A stretch of DNA of 63,596 nt, taken from positions 1 through 63,596 of the IMG/VR virus record IMGVR_UViG_3300005098_000067; one strand, given 5' to 3'. Below the pieces are notes generated by a model. That model was not told the DNA's origin. It did not search any database and saw nothing but the letters and a program-made list of their open reading frames with translations. How positions within the stretch are numbered: the first letter of the stretch is position 1; the number at the start of each line of letters is the position of its first letter. Below, piece after piece: positions 45,192 through 54,648 of this stretch. Made by a program: the position numbers and the translations under genes. Source of the stretch: a virus (taxonomy: Duplodnaviria; Caudoviricetes).

Positions 45192-45893
45192 CTACTCCGG
45201 GACTTCATCTATCTTTTTCGCAAACTCACTCTCCGGGAATTCTCCCGTCCGAATGAAATGGTCACACAGGGCTAGGGCTGGCTCTAGCTTCATCCCTTCG
45301 TACTCGTACAACGCCTCGTACGGCAGTCCTGGCGAGCCCCACCTCTTACCGAACAACCAAAGCCCAACCTTGACTACGGGCGCTCCTCCCCGACCGCCTT
45401 CTGGCTCGCACAATATTTGAACTGACTTGTTTGGATCATCTCGCTTATCCCTGATGTACACAGCACCATGACCAGAACCTCGCTTCTGCCACCCCTTCGG
45501 CGCAGGCGGCGTTATATCGGGGGGCGGCTGATTCCAACGGCCCCTACGAGGCCTCATCCACCAAGGTTGCTTGCTAGGCGCGGAACCTCCTTTCTGTCCC
45601 GGCCTGCCGGCATGACCAAAATTCCCTGACCCGGGCCCTCCCTTAGAGACTGGGGGCATCCGGTTGTACCAGTTCACCAGGGCTGCGTCGAGTCCCACGA
45701 GTGCAACGCCGCATTCGGGGCATTTTTGGGCTGTGCAAGGCTTCCCGCGCTCATGGGCATACTTCTTCCCACACTTGGGGCAGACACACTGCGCTGGCCC
45801 TCCGTCCCCCTGCCGAGGGCCGCCCATCCCTTGCCCCTCGCCCCGCGTTCGTGAAACTGGCAAGCAATCCAACCAACCAATGACTCTTGGCAT
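45192..45893 (-). CDS. Zn-ribbon protein with KGGPGSGNFGHxGRPG tag and variable C-terminus
   Basis: CVCPKCG..HERG.PC...CPECG followed by LVNWYNRMPPVSKGGPGSGNFGHAGRPGQKGGSAP. Start may be 45827. Confidence 0.7.
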   Translation of the reverse strand: MPRVIGWLDCLPVSRTRGEGQGMGGPRQGDGGPAQCVCPKCGKKYAHERGKPCTAQKCPECGVALVGLDAALVNWYNRMPPVSKGGPGSGNFGHAGRPGQKGGSAPSKQPWWMRPRRGRWNQPPPDITPPAPKGWQKRGSGHGAVYIRDKRDDPNKSVQILCEPEGGRGGAPVVKVGLWLFGKRWGSPGLPYEALYEYEGMKLEPALALCDHFIRTGEFPESEFAKKIDEVPE

Positions 45894-45894
45894 C

Positions 45895-46599
45895 TCACTC
45901 GCTCCTTTTCGGGATGGCTTTAGGCGGGCCGTGGCCTGGCCACCAACGGCCCTCAAACTTGCGCCTGGTTCCGGCTCGAAGGTGGCGGACGTAGCGAGCT
46001 ATCGGGAACCGAGCTAACCTCAAGCCTCGCCTGCTGGCCTCACGCATGTTCCAAAAGGCCGGGGTACCGTGATGCCGAAAGGGCGGCAGCTCCAGGTACT
46101 TCTCCCGATCCAGTAGCATTCGAGCCGGGTGGGCTCCGGGGACATACCGGCTTCCCTCGTGACTGAAAGCCTCTGCCCTCTGCACAGAGGGCTGGTGTGC
46201 ACGCAGCACCGCTCCGCTTGCCGGGCGAGTGCTTACCCAATAGCGAATTGCTCCCACCGCATACACCTGGTCATCCTGGAAGAACTCAAGCATCTGTTCC
46301 AGGAATCCACCGGCAATGACCTGGCAGTCCGAATCCAGCGTGAAGACGTACCGAGTCTGAGCAGCGAGGATGGCTTGATGCAGAGCCGGACCGTGACCCA
46401 CGTTGTCCTCATTCAAGAGGGCTCGCGTGACCTTGCTCCTCCGGGCCAAATTGCAGATGTAGCGCGTCGAACTGTCATGCGAGCCGTTGTCTACAATCAG
46501 CAAACTCACGCCAGGATAGAAACGACGCAGGCTGCGGATGCAATCCTGAATCAAGGCCAACGTCTGAAAGTTAACCGAGACAACGGTTACGTCCACCAT
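45895..46599 (-). CDS. glycosyltransferase family 2
   Basis: IVDNGSHD, NVGHG and TLDSD motifs. Confidence 0.88.
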   Translation of the reverse strand: MVDVTVVSVNFQTLALIQDCIRSLRRFYPGVSLLIVDNGSHDSSTRYICNLARRSKVTRALLNEDNVGHGPALHQAILAAQTRYVFTLDSDCQVIAGGFLEQMLEFFQDDQVYAVGAIRYWVSTRPASGAVLRAHQPSVQRAEAFSHEGSRYVPGAHPARMLLDREKYLELPPFRHHGTPAFWNMREASRRGLRLARFPIARYVRHLRAGTRRKFEGRWWPGHGPPKAIPKRSE

Positions 46600-46606
46600 A
46601 GCAAAT

Positions 46607-46640
46607 AAAAAAACGGGCAGGTGAATAAATCACCTGCCCG
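46607..46640 (-). terminator. intrinsic terminator
   Basis: CGGGCAGGTGA-TTTAT-TCACCTGCCCG followed by T7. Confidence 0.88.
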
Positions 46641-46778
46641 AAGGATGCTGAGCATAAATTTCAGCGGGCGGCCTATGAAGGCTGACTGGTCTCTTGCTCC
46701 TGTGCCGGGCGCAAGATTTCAGCCCTACGGGCTATCCCCTTCAAGTGGATATGCCCGTCTTTTCCCCACACTACCTCT

Positions 46779-46807
46779 ATTCTACCACATTTTGCCTGGT
46801 TTTGCAA
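46779..46807 (-). promoter_or_regulatory. sigma70-type promoter with extended -10
   Basis: TTGCAA-17 bp-TAGAAT with TG immediately upstream of the -10. Confidence 0.65.
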
Positions 46808-46862
46808 CTGGCGAAGACGCAAAAGCAGGCAACGCTCCCAACGCGCCACCTCGATTGGCCTT

Positions 46863-47336
46863 CTAGGAAAATCCCCACCTTTTGGCGACACTGCACACTA
46901 CCTCCAAAGCCTCGGACCCTTTAGACTTTGCTACCGAGTCCGGCGTTGGCCAATCCGAGTGCATTTCGACCCGCTTCGCATCAGACTGAACGTACACGTT
47001 GTACGGCGCTTCCGACGGATCTGAGAAGACGTCCACGGCCGGATCGCCCGCCACCTTGGTCAAGACGACTGACCACGAGCGCTCCAGGTTGGCTGTCCGC
47101 TTGTAGGGGACTTTCAGCGTGCCTGCCCTCACGCCCCCGATGACAAACGCTCGCTGCCTGAGCGTGTAGAATCCCCCGGTCAGCGGCCCACCGAGATGCT
47201 TGGCTCCCGGCTTCTGGGCCGGGCGCTCTACAAACCCCTCCCGTAGGATGTGTCCTGCCTTGAGCAGGGCTCGCTCCATCTCACGCCGGAACTGGGAAAC
47301 GTCCGGCTCTGCTCCCTCATCTATAACGTGGGCCAT
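46863..47336 (-). CDS. putative neck/morphogenesis protein
   Basis: YKRTANLERSW...PYNVYVQ...MH..W pattern after the portal-MuF gene. Confidence 0.5.
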   Translation of the reverse strand: MAHVIDEGAEPDVSQFRREMERALLKAGHILREGFVERPAQKPGAKHLGGPLTGGFYTLRQRAFVIGGVRAGTLKVPYKRTANLERSWSVVLTKVAGDPAVDVFSDPSEAPYNVYVQSDAKRVEMHSDWPTPDSVAKSKGSEALEVVCSVAKRWGFS

Positions 47337-47364
47337 TTCTCCTCCTTTGTCTGAGACCTAACGG

Positions 47365-47592
47365 CTAACGGCATAACCCTGCTGCTTCGTCCAGCCAGGC
47401 GATCTCCGTCTGGCCATTGTGTCCATGGATGGCTCGGACGTCGGCTATGTCGTCATAGACGGCAACCGACCTTAGCTTTGTGAGCCAGGCTACCACGCAT
47501 TTGCCCGTGGAGAACTGCACTCCCTCCGCGACTATCCCTGTGCCCGAGATCCCCGATTCGTCTACCTTCCTGTCCAAGATGAAGCAACGCAT
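47365..47592 (-). CDS. conserved small phage protein (D.SGISGTG.VAEGV.F family)
   Basis: Recognisable motif ending IHGHNG.T. Confidence 0.7.
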   Translation of the reverse strand: MRCFILDRKVDESGISGTGIVAEGVQFSTGKCVVAWLTKLRSVAVYDDIADVRAIHGHNGQTEIAWLDEAAGLCR

Positions 47593-49697
47593 CACCGAAA
47601 CCTCAGGAAGCAATAGCAACCCGGGTGATAGGCAGGACCGAAGTAGCCGGGTACTACCTCGGCACTTAACGGCACCCAGCCGGCCGCCTCCGCTCTGATG
47701 CAGACTCCAGAAGGGCAGGGGCGACCGTAATCCGCCCGAACTGATGACTTCTCGACCATACCTGCATCCTCGGCGGCAGTGAGCTGACCTTGGGCCCATA
47801 GAGCTGTATTCTCAGTGACCCCTATCCTCTTGGCGCGGGCTTCCCCGAAAAGAGGAATCAGAGCGTCTTCCAAATCTGACCAGGCCAGAGTGCCATCTGC
47901 AAGCCGGGCGCGAACCTTGCCCAACTTGGAGCGAGTCACGCGGACTATGGACTCGTCCCCATCCAACTTGACCAGAGCAAACGCCTGCTGCTCGGCCAGC
48001 AGGCGAATCCGATCGTTGATCCGCTCGAACGAGAAGTCTAACCCTGTGGAGCTCGCACCCTGGCCCGCTGTCAACTGGTAGGGACCTAATACTTGCTCGC
48101 GGATGGAATCCCCCCAGTCCTCCCAGTAGGAATCCTCATCAAGACTGTCAGGGTCATCCTCGAGGCGGGCAAGCACATCCCTCTTCCACCGAGCCAGAAT
48201 AGCCGTGAACAGTGCTGTCAACGTCTCCCAATCCTTGCGCATCAGGCTGATCATGGCCTCTATGCCTGCTCGCTCGCGGGCTGTCTTCAGCACGGGTAGG
48301 GCGGAGCTGTTCAGGTCCCAATAGCGACGGTGGCGAATCAGTACCCCTTCGGGATACCGCATTGTCCCCACGTCGCAACCCCACAGCTCACGCAATACAT
48401 CCGTCGCCAACCGTTCGGGCGGGGTGACGTAGCGCTGTGGGATTACCTGCTGCTCGGCCAGCATTTCCCGGATTTCCTCCCGCTCGAAGAGGCGCTCTCC
48501 CTTAGCATCCGGAGCCCACAGTTCCTTGGCATTCCTGATCCGTAGGGCGCGGATCTCCTCAACCAGCTTGTCCTGCTCGTCGTCAGGCGTGTCAAACCGC
48601 CAGTAGAATCCCTTGGGCAGCTGGCGATTCACCCAACGCTCCCAAGAGACCATGAACTCGGCCGGGCCTTTGCCCAGAGCCTTCCGATGTTGCAAGGACG
48701 CCTGGGCCTTGGTCGCCCCGTGCGCCTCGATCTGATAGAATTCAGCCACGTCCTCCCCGGCGTCCAGGGCAAGGGTCTTCATGAACCGCTGCATGAACGC
48801 CGCATCGTCAAATCCTTCCCACACCGAGCGAAAGGACGTCCAGGAGACCTCAGCTTTTTGACCATACGTGTTACTGACCAGCCACAACACCCCAGGGAAG
48901 ACCAGCGAGCCTGCCTCCTGCCGCTTTAGATCGAACTCCAGCAAAGCATTCTCCAGCTGGGGCTTCGTCAAGCCCGTGACGCTGGCAATCCCTGAAGGCG
49001 GCAGATTTCCCAACCGCTCCTCTTTGAACTCCAACTCCTCGGCTGCCAGGGCTGCCTCCCTGAGAACCCGGCTCATGAAACAAAAGCCCAGCATCCGCCG
49101 CCACTGGTCGGCGCTGGGCATAGAGCAAATCCGCACAAACTGGCCCCGCTTGAGCCCCTTCCAACGTCCGTCAGCATCCATGAACAAAAGGTCGAATATT
49201 TCTGTCCCCACGCGTACAGGGCCAGGGACGCAGGTTCGCGCCTGCATCCACCAGATCTTTTGCAGCGGGCCGTCTGGTTGCCATTCCCGAGCTGTCTCGA
49301 TGATGAACCCCTCGTCAGTGCTCAGGTAGTCGATGTAGCCGGGGCGAATGAAGTCCGTCCAGCCGTCCAGGTCGGCCCCGGCGAATATCTCATACTGGCG
49401 CTCCAGCTGCTTGACCGGGCCCGAAATGGACCAACCCAATGCTGCCACACGCGAGACCATGCTGAACATGACCCCCGACAGGCGCGAGTCGGCTCTCCAG
49501 ACAGCCTCCAGGAAGGCAGGGCGGGTTATGGGCGTCCCCCAGGGCGGAGCGGCGTCGTGGGCCGTGCGCAGCCAGTCCGCGTAGGAGGCCATGATCCAGC
49601 CGCCCTGGGCCAATATCTCGGGCCTCTCGATCCGCGCCTGGACGCTTCTCGGCGAATCTCCCTTGGCATCCGTGATAGCTACCAATTCATCCAGCAT
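47592..49697 (-). CDS. portal protein fused to a MuF (minor head) domain
   Basis: Portal-sized N-terminus; C-terminal RAKRIGVTE...C..C...PAYHPGCYC MuF signature. Confidence 0.8.
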   Translation of the reverse strand: MLDELVAITDAKGDSPRSVQARIERPEILAQGGWIMASYADWLRTAHDAAPPWGTPITRPAFLEAVWRADSRLSGVMFSMVSRVAALGWSISGPVKQLERQYEIFAGADLDGWTDFIRPGYIDYLSTDEGFIIETAREWQPDGPLQKIWWMQARTCVPGPVRVGTEIFDLLFMDADGRWKGLKRGQFVRICSMPSADQWRRMLGFCFMSRVLREAALAAEELEFKEERLGNLPPSGIASVTGLTKPQLENALLEFDLKRQEAGSLVFPGVLWLVSNTYGQKAEVSWTSFRSVWEGFDDAAFMQRFMKTLALDAGEDVAEFYQIEAHGATKAQASLQHRKALGKGPAEFMVSWERWVNRQLPKGFYWRFDTPDDEQDKLVEEIRALRIRNAKELWAPDAKGERLFEREEIREMLAEQQVIPQRYVTPPERLATDVLRELWGCDVGTMRYPEGVLIRHRRYWDLNSSALPVLKTARERAGIEAMISLMRKDWETLTALFTAILARWKRDVLARLEDDPDSLDEDSYWEDWGDSIREQVLGPYQLTAGQGASSTGLDFSFERINDRIRLLAEQQAFALVKLDGDESIVRVTRSKLGKVRARLADGTLAWSDLEDALIPLFGEARAKRIGVTENTALWAQGQLTAAEDAGMVEKSSVRADYGRPCPSGVCIRAEAAGWVPLSAEVVPGYFGPAYHPGCYCFLRFR

Positions 49698-50466
49698 CGC
49701 CGACCTCCCCTGTCCTAGCGGTCAAATAATCTGACTCATCCTGTAGCCAATCTGGATTGCCGCTAACTCGCACCGCCCGCTCCAAGACATCGTAGTTCTC
49801 GACAATGAGCGACAACGGGTACAAGTTCTGCCGCCGCAGTGGGCTGGTCATGGGGCTGTCCTGGACGCCCAGAAATTCACAGATGCGGCGATTTGTCTCC
49901 GGTGGCAAAGCTGAGGCTTCCATCGCTTCCGCGCCCACGATCTGCGCATAGGTCAGCTCCAAGACCGGGAGCCCGGTGCCCGCAAGCCTCTCCCGCATCC
50001 TCCCTATCTGGCGCTCCAGCTTCCTGGCCTGCTTGAGGACATTTTCTGGATCAACCGTTATCCTGGTCAACGGCCCGACCTCGAACGAGTGCTCCTGGCG
50101 AGAGGGCAAATCCCCCCGCCTGGCCCTGGTGTGCAGGATGGCCGAGATCGCCGTACGTAGGAGATTGCCTCTGGTCAGGTGGATGACCTTGGCCTGACGG
50201 TTCGTTAGATAGTTCAAAACTGGATCGGTGACCTGCTTGTACGTGACCTTGCACATGGCTACTGAGTAGCCCCATTGGCCATGGACGATCTGAAGTATCT
50301 GAACCGGGGACAGCTTGGCTTTGCGGAAGGCGGAGCGCATCTCGAGGGGCTCCGAACGAGGGCAGAAAACCTGAGGATGCGTGGATAAACAGTGCGCCAG
50401 GAACGTGGAACCGGAACGCACGTGCGCTATCAGAATGGCCGGCCTGGTTTCGAGCCACGACTTCAT
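49687..50466 (-). CDS. sulfotransferase (Stf0-like)
   Basis: HVRSGSTFL..LSTHP, KVIHLTRGNLLRTAIS, LTY..I and VENYD motifs. Confidence 0.8.
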   Translation of the reverse strand: MKSWLETRPAILIAHVRSGSTFLAHCLSTHPQVFCPRSEPLEMRSAFRKAKLSPVQILQIVHGQWGYSVAMCKVTYKQVTDPVLNYLTNRQAKVIHLTRGNLLRTAISAILHTRARRGDLPSRQEHSFEVGPLTRITVDPENVLKQARKLERQIGRMRERLAGTGLPVLELTYAQIVGAEAMEASALPPETNRRICEFLGVQDSPMTSPLRRQNLYPLSLIVENYDVLERAVRVSGNPDWLQDESDYLTARTGEVGDAG

Positions 50467-50504
50467 TGCAAGCTCCTATGTGACTCAGTGCAATACTAGC
50501 CTAC

Positions 50505-50533
50505 ATTATAACAGAAGACAGGCGATCTGTCAA
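50505..50533 (-). promoter_or_regulatory. consensus sigma70-type promoter with extended -10
   Basis: TTGACA-17 bp-TATAAT with TGn. Confidence 0.85.
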
Positions 50534-50558
50534 TCACTCCACAAATCTTATCCGTCGC

Positions 50559-51098
50559 TCAGAACCTCCTGCACTTTACCCGCTTGCACCCTAACTCAAC
50601 TTGACGCGGGCCGAACCCTGCACGCGCCTCCTTGTCGAGCCACAACGGATGGTCGGCCAGAGAAGCGTACTCAATCTCGAAGGCATTGGGGATCAACGCT
50701 CTCTGATGCGAGGCCCAAAAGTCGTACTTGACCTGGGCAATGCAGCCCTCCGTGAGACCGTAACCGGCCAGTTCACGCTGCATCCTGCGCCCTGTCCAAC
50801 CTATCCGCTGCTGTGACTCCAGAATCTCGGCCAGGGGGCGACGCATGAGCACTACGGCCACTTCCGGCCCCGCAAGCTCGTGAATCCAGCGGCAAAGGCC
50901 CGGGCACTGCAAGACAAACTCGCTCTCCTCGGCAAGCAACCTCCGAGCCGCGTCTAGCGAGCGAACACTCACGACCTCCTCCGGCAAGAACCTGTACCCC
51001 AGGTCATGGGCAATCATCATCGCGCAAATGGTCGTCCCTGACCGCTGAGGACCGGTGACCAAAATCTGACCGAACCTGGACAACTGGGCGAACATCAA
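50559..51098 (-). CDS. sulfotransferase-like P-loop protein
   Basis: ILVTGPQRSGTT, MRRP..I..S and IEY.SL motifs. Confidence 0.7.
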   Translation of the reverse strand: MMFAQLSRFGQILVTGPQRSGTTICAMMIAHDLGYRFLPEEVVSVRSLDAARRLLAEESEFVLQCPGLCRWIHELAGPEVAVVLMRRPLAEILESQQRIGWTGRRMQRELAGYGLTEGCIAQVKYDFWASHQRALIPNAFEIEYASLADHPLWLDKEARAGFGPRQVELGCKRVKCRRF

Positions 51099-51596
51099 CC
51101 TCCACCTAACGCCCCAAGGGGCAGGATTTTGAGAAAAATAGACCGAGTCGGGGGACGGGATACCTGGTATTCTGAGACCGCCAATATTTTTTTCTGACTT
51201 AGGGTAGGGATAATAAGAATTATGCGAACCATGACCGGCCTGGGCGCATGTTAATGTAAGTTAGCGATGTTTAGCGTATAAGCGTTAAATGCGCTAGTGG
51301 GGCAGGAAAATAGGAAGCCCTCTAGCCTTATGAGAGGCGGAACACTCCGCGTCCCTTTGCTCCGCCTCGTCTCCCCAAACCTTCTAGGGCTCTCCTGGCC
51401 CTAGAGCGGGTTTCAGTAGGGCAGGGAAGGGGATAGGGAAGCGGGAAGGGCGATTGGCAGCTGTGATGCTGCGAAGAGTTTGCTCGCCCTAGCTCCTCGG
51501 CCTGTATTGTGGGCCTATGAGCTATGGTCTTGTCCTTGTTGCCGGGTAAGCCTACCATACCTTCCTCGCCGGTCTGGTTACCCTCGCGTTCTTACT

Positions 51597-53054
51597 CTAG
51601 ACGACCAATGCCCCCCCGGCTTGTATGCCCCCAAATCGGGCGGCCTCGGCGAGGACGTGTTCAGCGGCATCCGAGAAGTCGTTGAGCTTCTTCACCTCTA
51701 ATCCCTTTGTGTTTCTGTGGAGTGCTTTGAACTGTTGGGCGACCGTGGGGCAGGCCTCGCGGTCTATCTGGAGCAGGGGGCCTTTGTCGGGGTCAATGAG
51801 CCTCCGTACCAGCCTATGGCGTTCTTCACGCCGCATGACCCGCAGGGGGACGACCACCAGGCCTGCCTCGGCGAACGCGGCAAGGGATGAGGGCTGATCT
51901 GGCGGGCAGAAGAAGGGCGTATCCCAGCCGTACTTGTCGGCCAGCGATACTGCTATCTCCAGTTCCCTGGATGGGGTGCAGAAGCGCTCTCCCCGTTCCT
52001 CAATGAGCCAATAGCGGCCCCCTGGGAGCTCAGCAGCGACGACGAAGACGAGCGGGTGATCGAACCCCCAGTCCACTCCTACGCCCTGGGGAGTACGGCG
52101 CAGCTTGGCTACCTCAGGAGCTAGGCGGGAGGCGTGCACCTCGACGGAGAAGCGAGGGAAGATGAGCATTTCGCGCTCCGGGGCGGCCAGGAGTTTCTGT
52201 ACCAGGAAGGTCTCCGCGTCCGAGGATAAGTACTCGTCTATGGCATCGACGCGTCTTACCCAGCCGTCCGCTCTAATGCACCGCCCGCCGCAGAGTGGCT
52301 CTTTCTTGTTCGTTCGCGGGTTCGTCCAGACGAAGAGCGGGCACTTCTCCCGGAGGCAGGTCTCACAGCGCTGCATGGTCTCCCAAAGGCACCATCGGTA
52401 GGTCTTGTACCCCCGCGCCCTTGCTATGGGGAGCAACTCTTGCATGAGCCCGTAGGCTGTGTACCGAGTGCTTATAGCCGCGCGTTGGGGCGGGTTGGCT
52501 TTCGAGCCCGAAAGCATGAGCTGGGCCGTCTCGAAGTTCTGGAACGACCAGAGGTCTATCTCGTCCATGATCAGCCTGTTACAGCGAATGGCCGTGACCC
52601 CTGTAGGCGTGTGACCTGAAAGGGCGCGAACCCAGGACCCGTTCTTCCAGGTGATGCTCCCGGCCACGTTCCGCGCAATGTCGGCAGCTAAAGCTGGCTC
52701 TTTGAGCATGTCGACCAGGTAGCCGTGCCCCCATTCCCCCTGGCTGCCTATGGCCCCATAGTGCGCTGTGCCTGAACCTGGATAGAACTTCGAGGCGAGC
52801 AGGTTCAGGATGGCCAGGTTTCGGGTCTTGCCTGCACCACGAGCGGCCAGGACCAGGGCTCTCTGAACCTTGCGGAAGAACATGTCCGAGACGAACGTGA
52901 AGGGGGCTTGGTGGTCTGGACAGACGGCTACACGGGGAATCTTGAAGCCGAGGACGGCATGGATCCAGGCGTGGAGCGCTTCGGGCGTCTTGGGGCGACG
53001 GCCGGAGACTACCAGGAGCTGCCAAAGGTTGCTGAGGAGGCTTTCGTCGGTCAT
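51597..53054 (-). CDS. terL: terminase large subunit
   Basis: AARGAGKT (Walker A), LIMDEID (Walker B), IST, GVDWGFDHP nuclease motif and C-terminal NDFSDA. Confidence 0.9.
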   Translation of the reverse strand: MTDESLLSNLWQLLVVSGRRPKTPEALHAWIHAVLGFKIPRVAVCPDHQAPFTFVSDMFFRKVQRALVLAARGAGKTRNLAILNLLASKFYPGSGTAHYGAIGSQGEWGHGYLVDMLKEPALAADIARNVAGSITWKNGSWVRALSGHTPTGVTAIRCNRLIMDEIDLWSFQNFETAQLMLSGSKANPPQRAAISTRYTAYGLMQELLPIARARGYKTYRWCLWETMQRCETCLREKCPLFVWTNPRTNKKEPLCGGRCIRADGWVRRVDAIDEYLSSDAETFLVQKLLAAPEREMLIFPRFSVEVHASRLAPEVAKLRRTPQGVGVDWGFDHPLVFVVAAELPGGRYWLIEERGERFCTPSRELEIAVSLADKYGWDTPFFCPPDQPSSLAAFAEAGLVVVPLRVMRREERHRLVRRLIDPDKGPLLQIDREACPTVAQQFKALHRNTKGLEVKKLNDFSDAAEHVLAEAARFGGIQAGGALVV

Positions 53055-54646
53055 TTGTCGTCGTTGGGTGGGCGGAGCAATTCAGGGGCCAAATCCCGAA
53101 TGCCAGCGATCTGCTCCAGCAAGCGTGTGAACTGCTCCTCCTCCATGCCTGCAACGATGACATTCAGGGTTCTAGCGTCTACCTTCGTCCCGGTCTCCAG
53201 CTTGCCCAGCAACCGGCCCAGGAGCGCAATGTCTCCTGAAAGCTGAGCTGAGAGACCGGATGCCTCTTTGGTCAGAGCCCCTCCCAGGGCCACCGACTCG
53301 ATGAGCAACTGGCGAGACAGCCGCGCTGAGTCCATCTGAACTTTTGCCCACATGAAGTTCAACAGGCCCTCGAAGTTGCGACTGCCTAGCATATCGCCTA
53401 GGGCCGCAAATTCATTATCAAACGCGCAAGCTGCCCCCTCTTCATACCTGGGGCATTTGCCCATCAGGGCGCAATCGTCACAGCGCAGCCGAGGCACCCG
53501 AGCCGTGTCCTGACCGGCTCGAAGAGCGTAAACATTGCCCTTCTGCGCCTCGGAGATGGCTGCCTTGTGCTCCGGGGAGAGTGTCACTTGCCGGGGAGGC
53601 TTGTTGCCGCCCCGACCTAACCCGTGCCTTTTACACGCCCCTTCTGTCTCCGGTGACCCACAGGTGCAGATTTCATTTTCATTCACCACGGGCAAGAGCT
53701 CTGGCGGGGGCTGATTCCAATAGTCGAGCTTGCGACGGCGCTGGACCTCCGTCAAATAGGTCTCAAAGTAGGCCCACACCCTGGCATTGACAAAATCTAC
53801 CGCGCGTGCGTCGTCTTCGAGGTAGGGCGTGACCAGCTCCTCAGGGACGGGCAAACCCTTGGCTTCTAGGTCACGGAGCACTTTCTCCCGTCTATGCCTC
53901 CTCTCCCGCAGGTCCCCGGTCTCAAAGTGCCCAATCCCTCGCGCCGGGTCCAGGAAATACGTCGAGCCGTACATCGACCCGGCCTTCCAGGACGTGGAAT
54001 CGACCGAGAAGAACCCCGGCACCTTGTATAGCACCTCCAAAGCTGTCGTGGCAAAGGAGTGCAACTTCGCCCCGTGCTTCCTGCACCTTCCCAAAATCCG
54101 CATCTGGCCGTTCACGCCGGCGAGAATCCCGGTTGAGCCCGCTCCCTGGGTGGCCACATACGGGAACTCCGAGGCCCACTCCTCCCAAACCTGCCAGCAC
54201 CGCCCTCCCACCTGCACGTCCTGGCTGGTATGAAAAACAGGAACGTACTTCTCACGGGGGAATCCGGCCTTGAGCGCCTGCTCACGCCAGGACAAGACCG
54301 TGGGCAAGCCCACGATGCTGTCGATGTCTAGCTCCACAAACGCATCGGCATACTCGTGGAACTCCAGAAGAAACTCCAGGTAGTCGGCCCAGAAGTCCTC
54401 CGGCTTGCCTACGGAGGTCTTGCGCTGCTTGGTGGCAATGAAGCCCGCCTCCGAGAAAAACGAGTGAGCCCCTGAGTCGATCATGACAAACTCGAAGTTC
54501 TTTCGCAGCTGTTCCAGGCGCTCCCGTTTCTTGGCTGGCGATAGTTTGCGCAGGATGACGAAGGACGTCAAGACTGACTTGGCCCCTGCCCGGGCCAGCA
54601 GTTCAATGTCCTTCGCCCTATCCGCCCCTGCCAAACAGAGATGCAT
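53051..54646 (-). CDS. TGT/DpdA-like TIM-barrel protein fused to a terminase-small-subunit-like C-terminus
   Basis: LTSF, MIDSGAHS, ELDID, PVFH, LHSF and SVDSTSW, then QKGNVYALRAG, CxxC...C..C and a helical tail. ATGA-coupled to terL. Confidence 0.7.
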   Translation of the reverse strand: MHLCLAGADRAKDIELLARAGAKSVLTSFVILRKLSPAKKRERLEQLRKNFEFVMIDSGAHSFFSEAGFIATKQRKTSVGKPEDFWADYLEFLLEFHEYADAFVELDIDSIVGLPTVLSWREQALKAGFPREKYVPVFHTSQDVQVGGRCWQVWEEWASEFPYVATQGAGSTGILAGVNGQMRILGRCRKHGAKLHSFATTALEVLYKVPGFFSVDSTSWKAGSMYGSTYFLDPARGIGHFETGDLRERRHRREKVLRDLEAKGLPVPEELVTPYLEDDARAVDFVNARVWAYFETYLTEVQRRRKLDYWNQPPPELLPVVNENEICTCGSPETEGACKRHGLGRGGNKPPRQVTLSPEHKAAISEAQKGNVYALRAGQDTARVPRLRCDDCALMGKCPRYEEGAACAFDNEFAALGDMLGSRNFEGLLNFMWAKVQMDSARLSRQLLIESVALGGALTKEASGLSAQLSGDIALLGRLLGKLETGTKVDARTLNVIVAGMEEEQFTRLLEQIAGIRDLAPELLRPPNDDK

Positions 54647-54648
54647 TA

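Noticed and set aside
46640-46778. Lysine or preQ1 riboswitch in the late leader
   Set aside because: It begins with AGAGGT but lacks the remaining conserved elements of either class.
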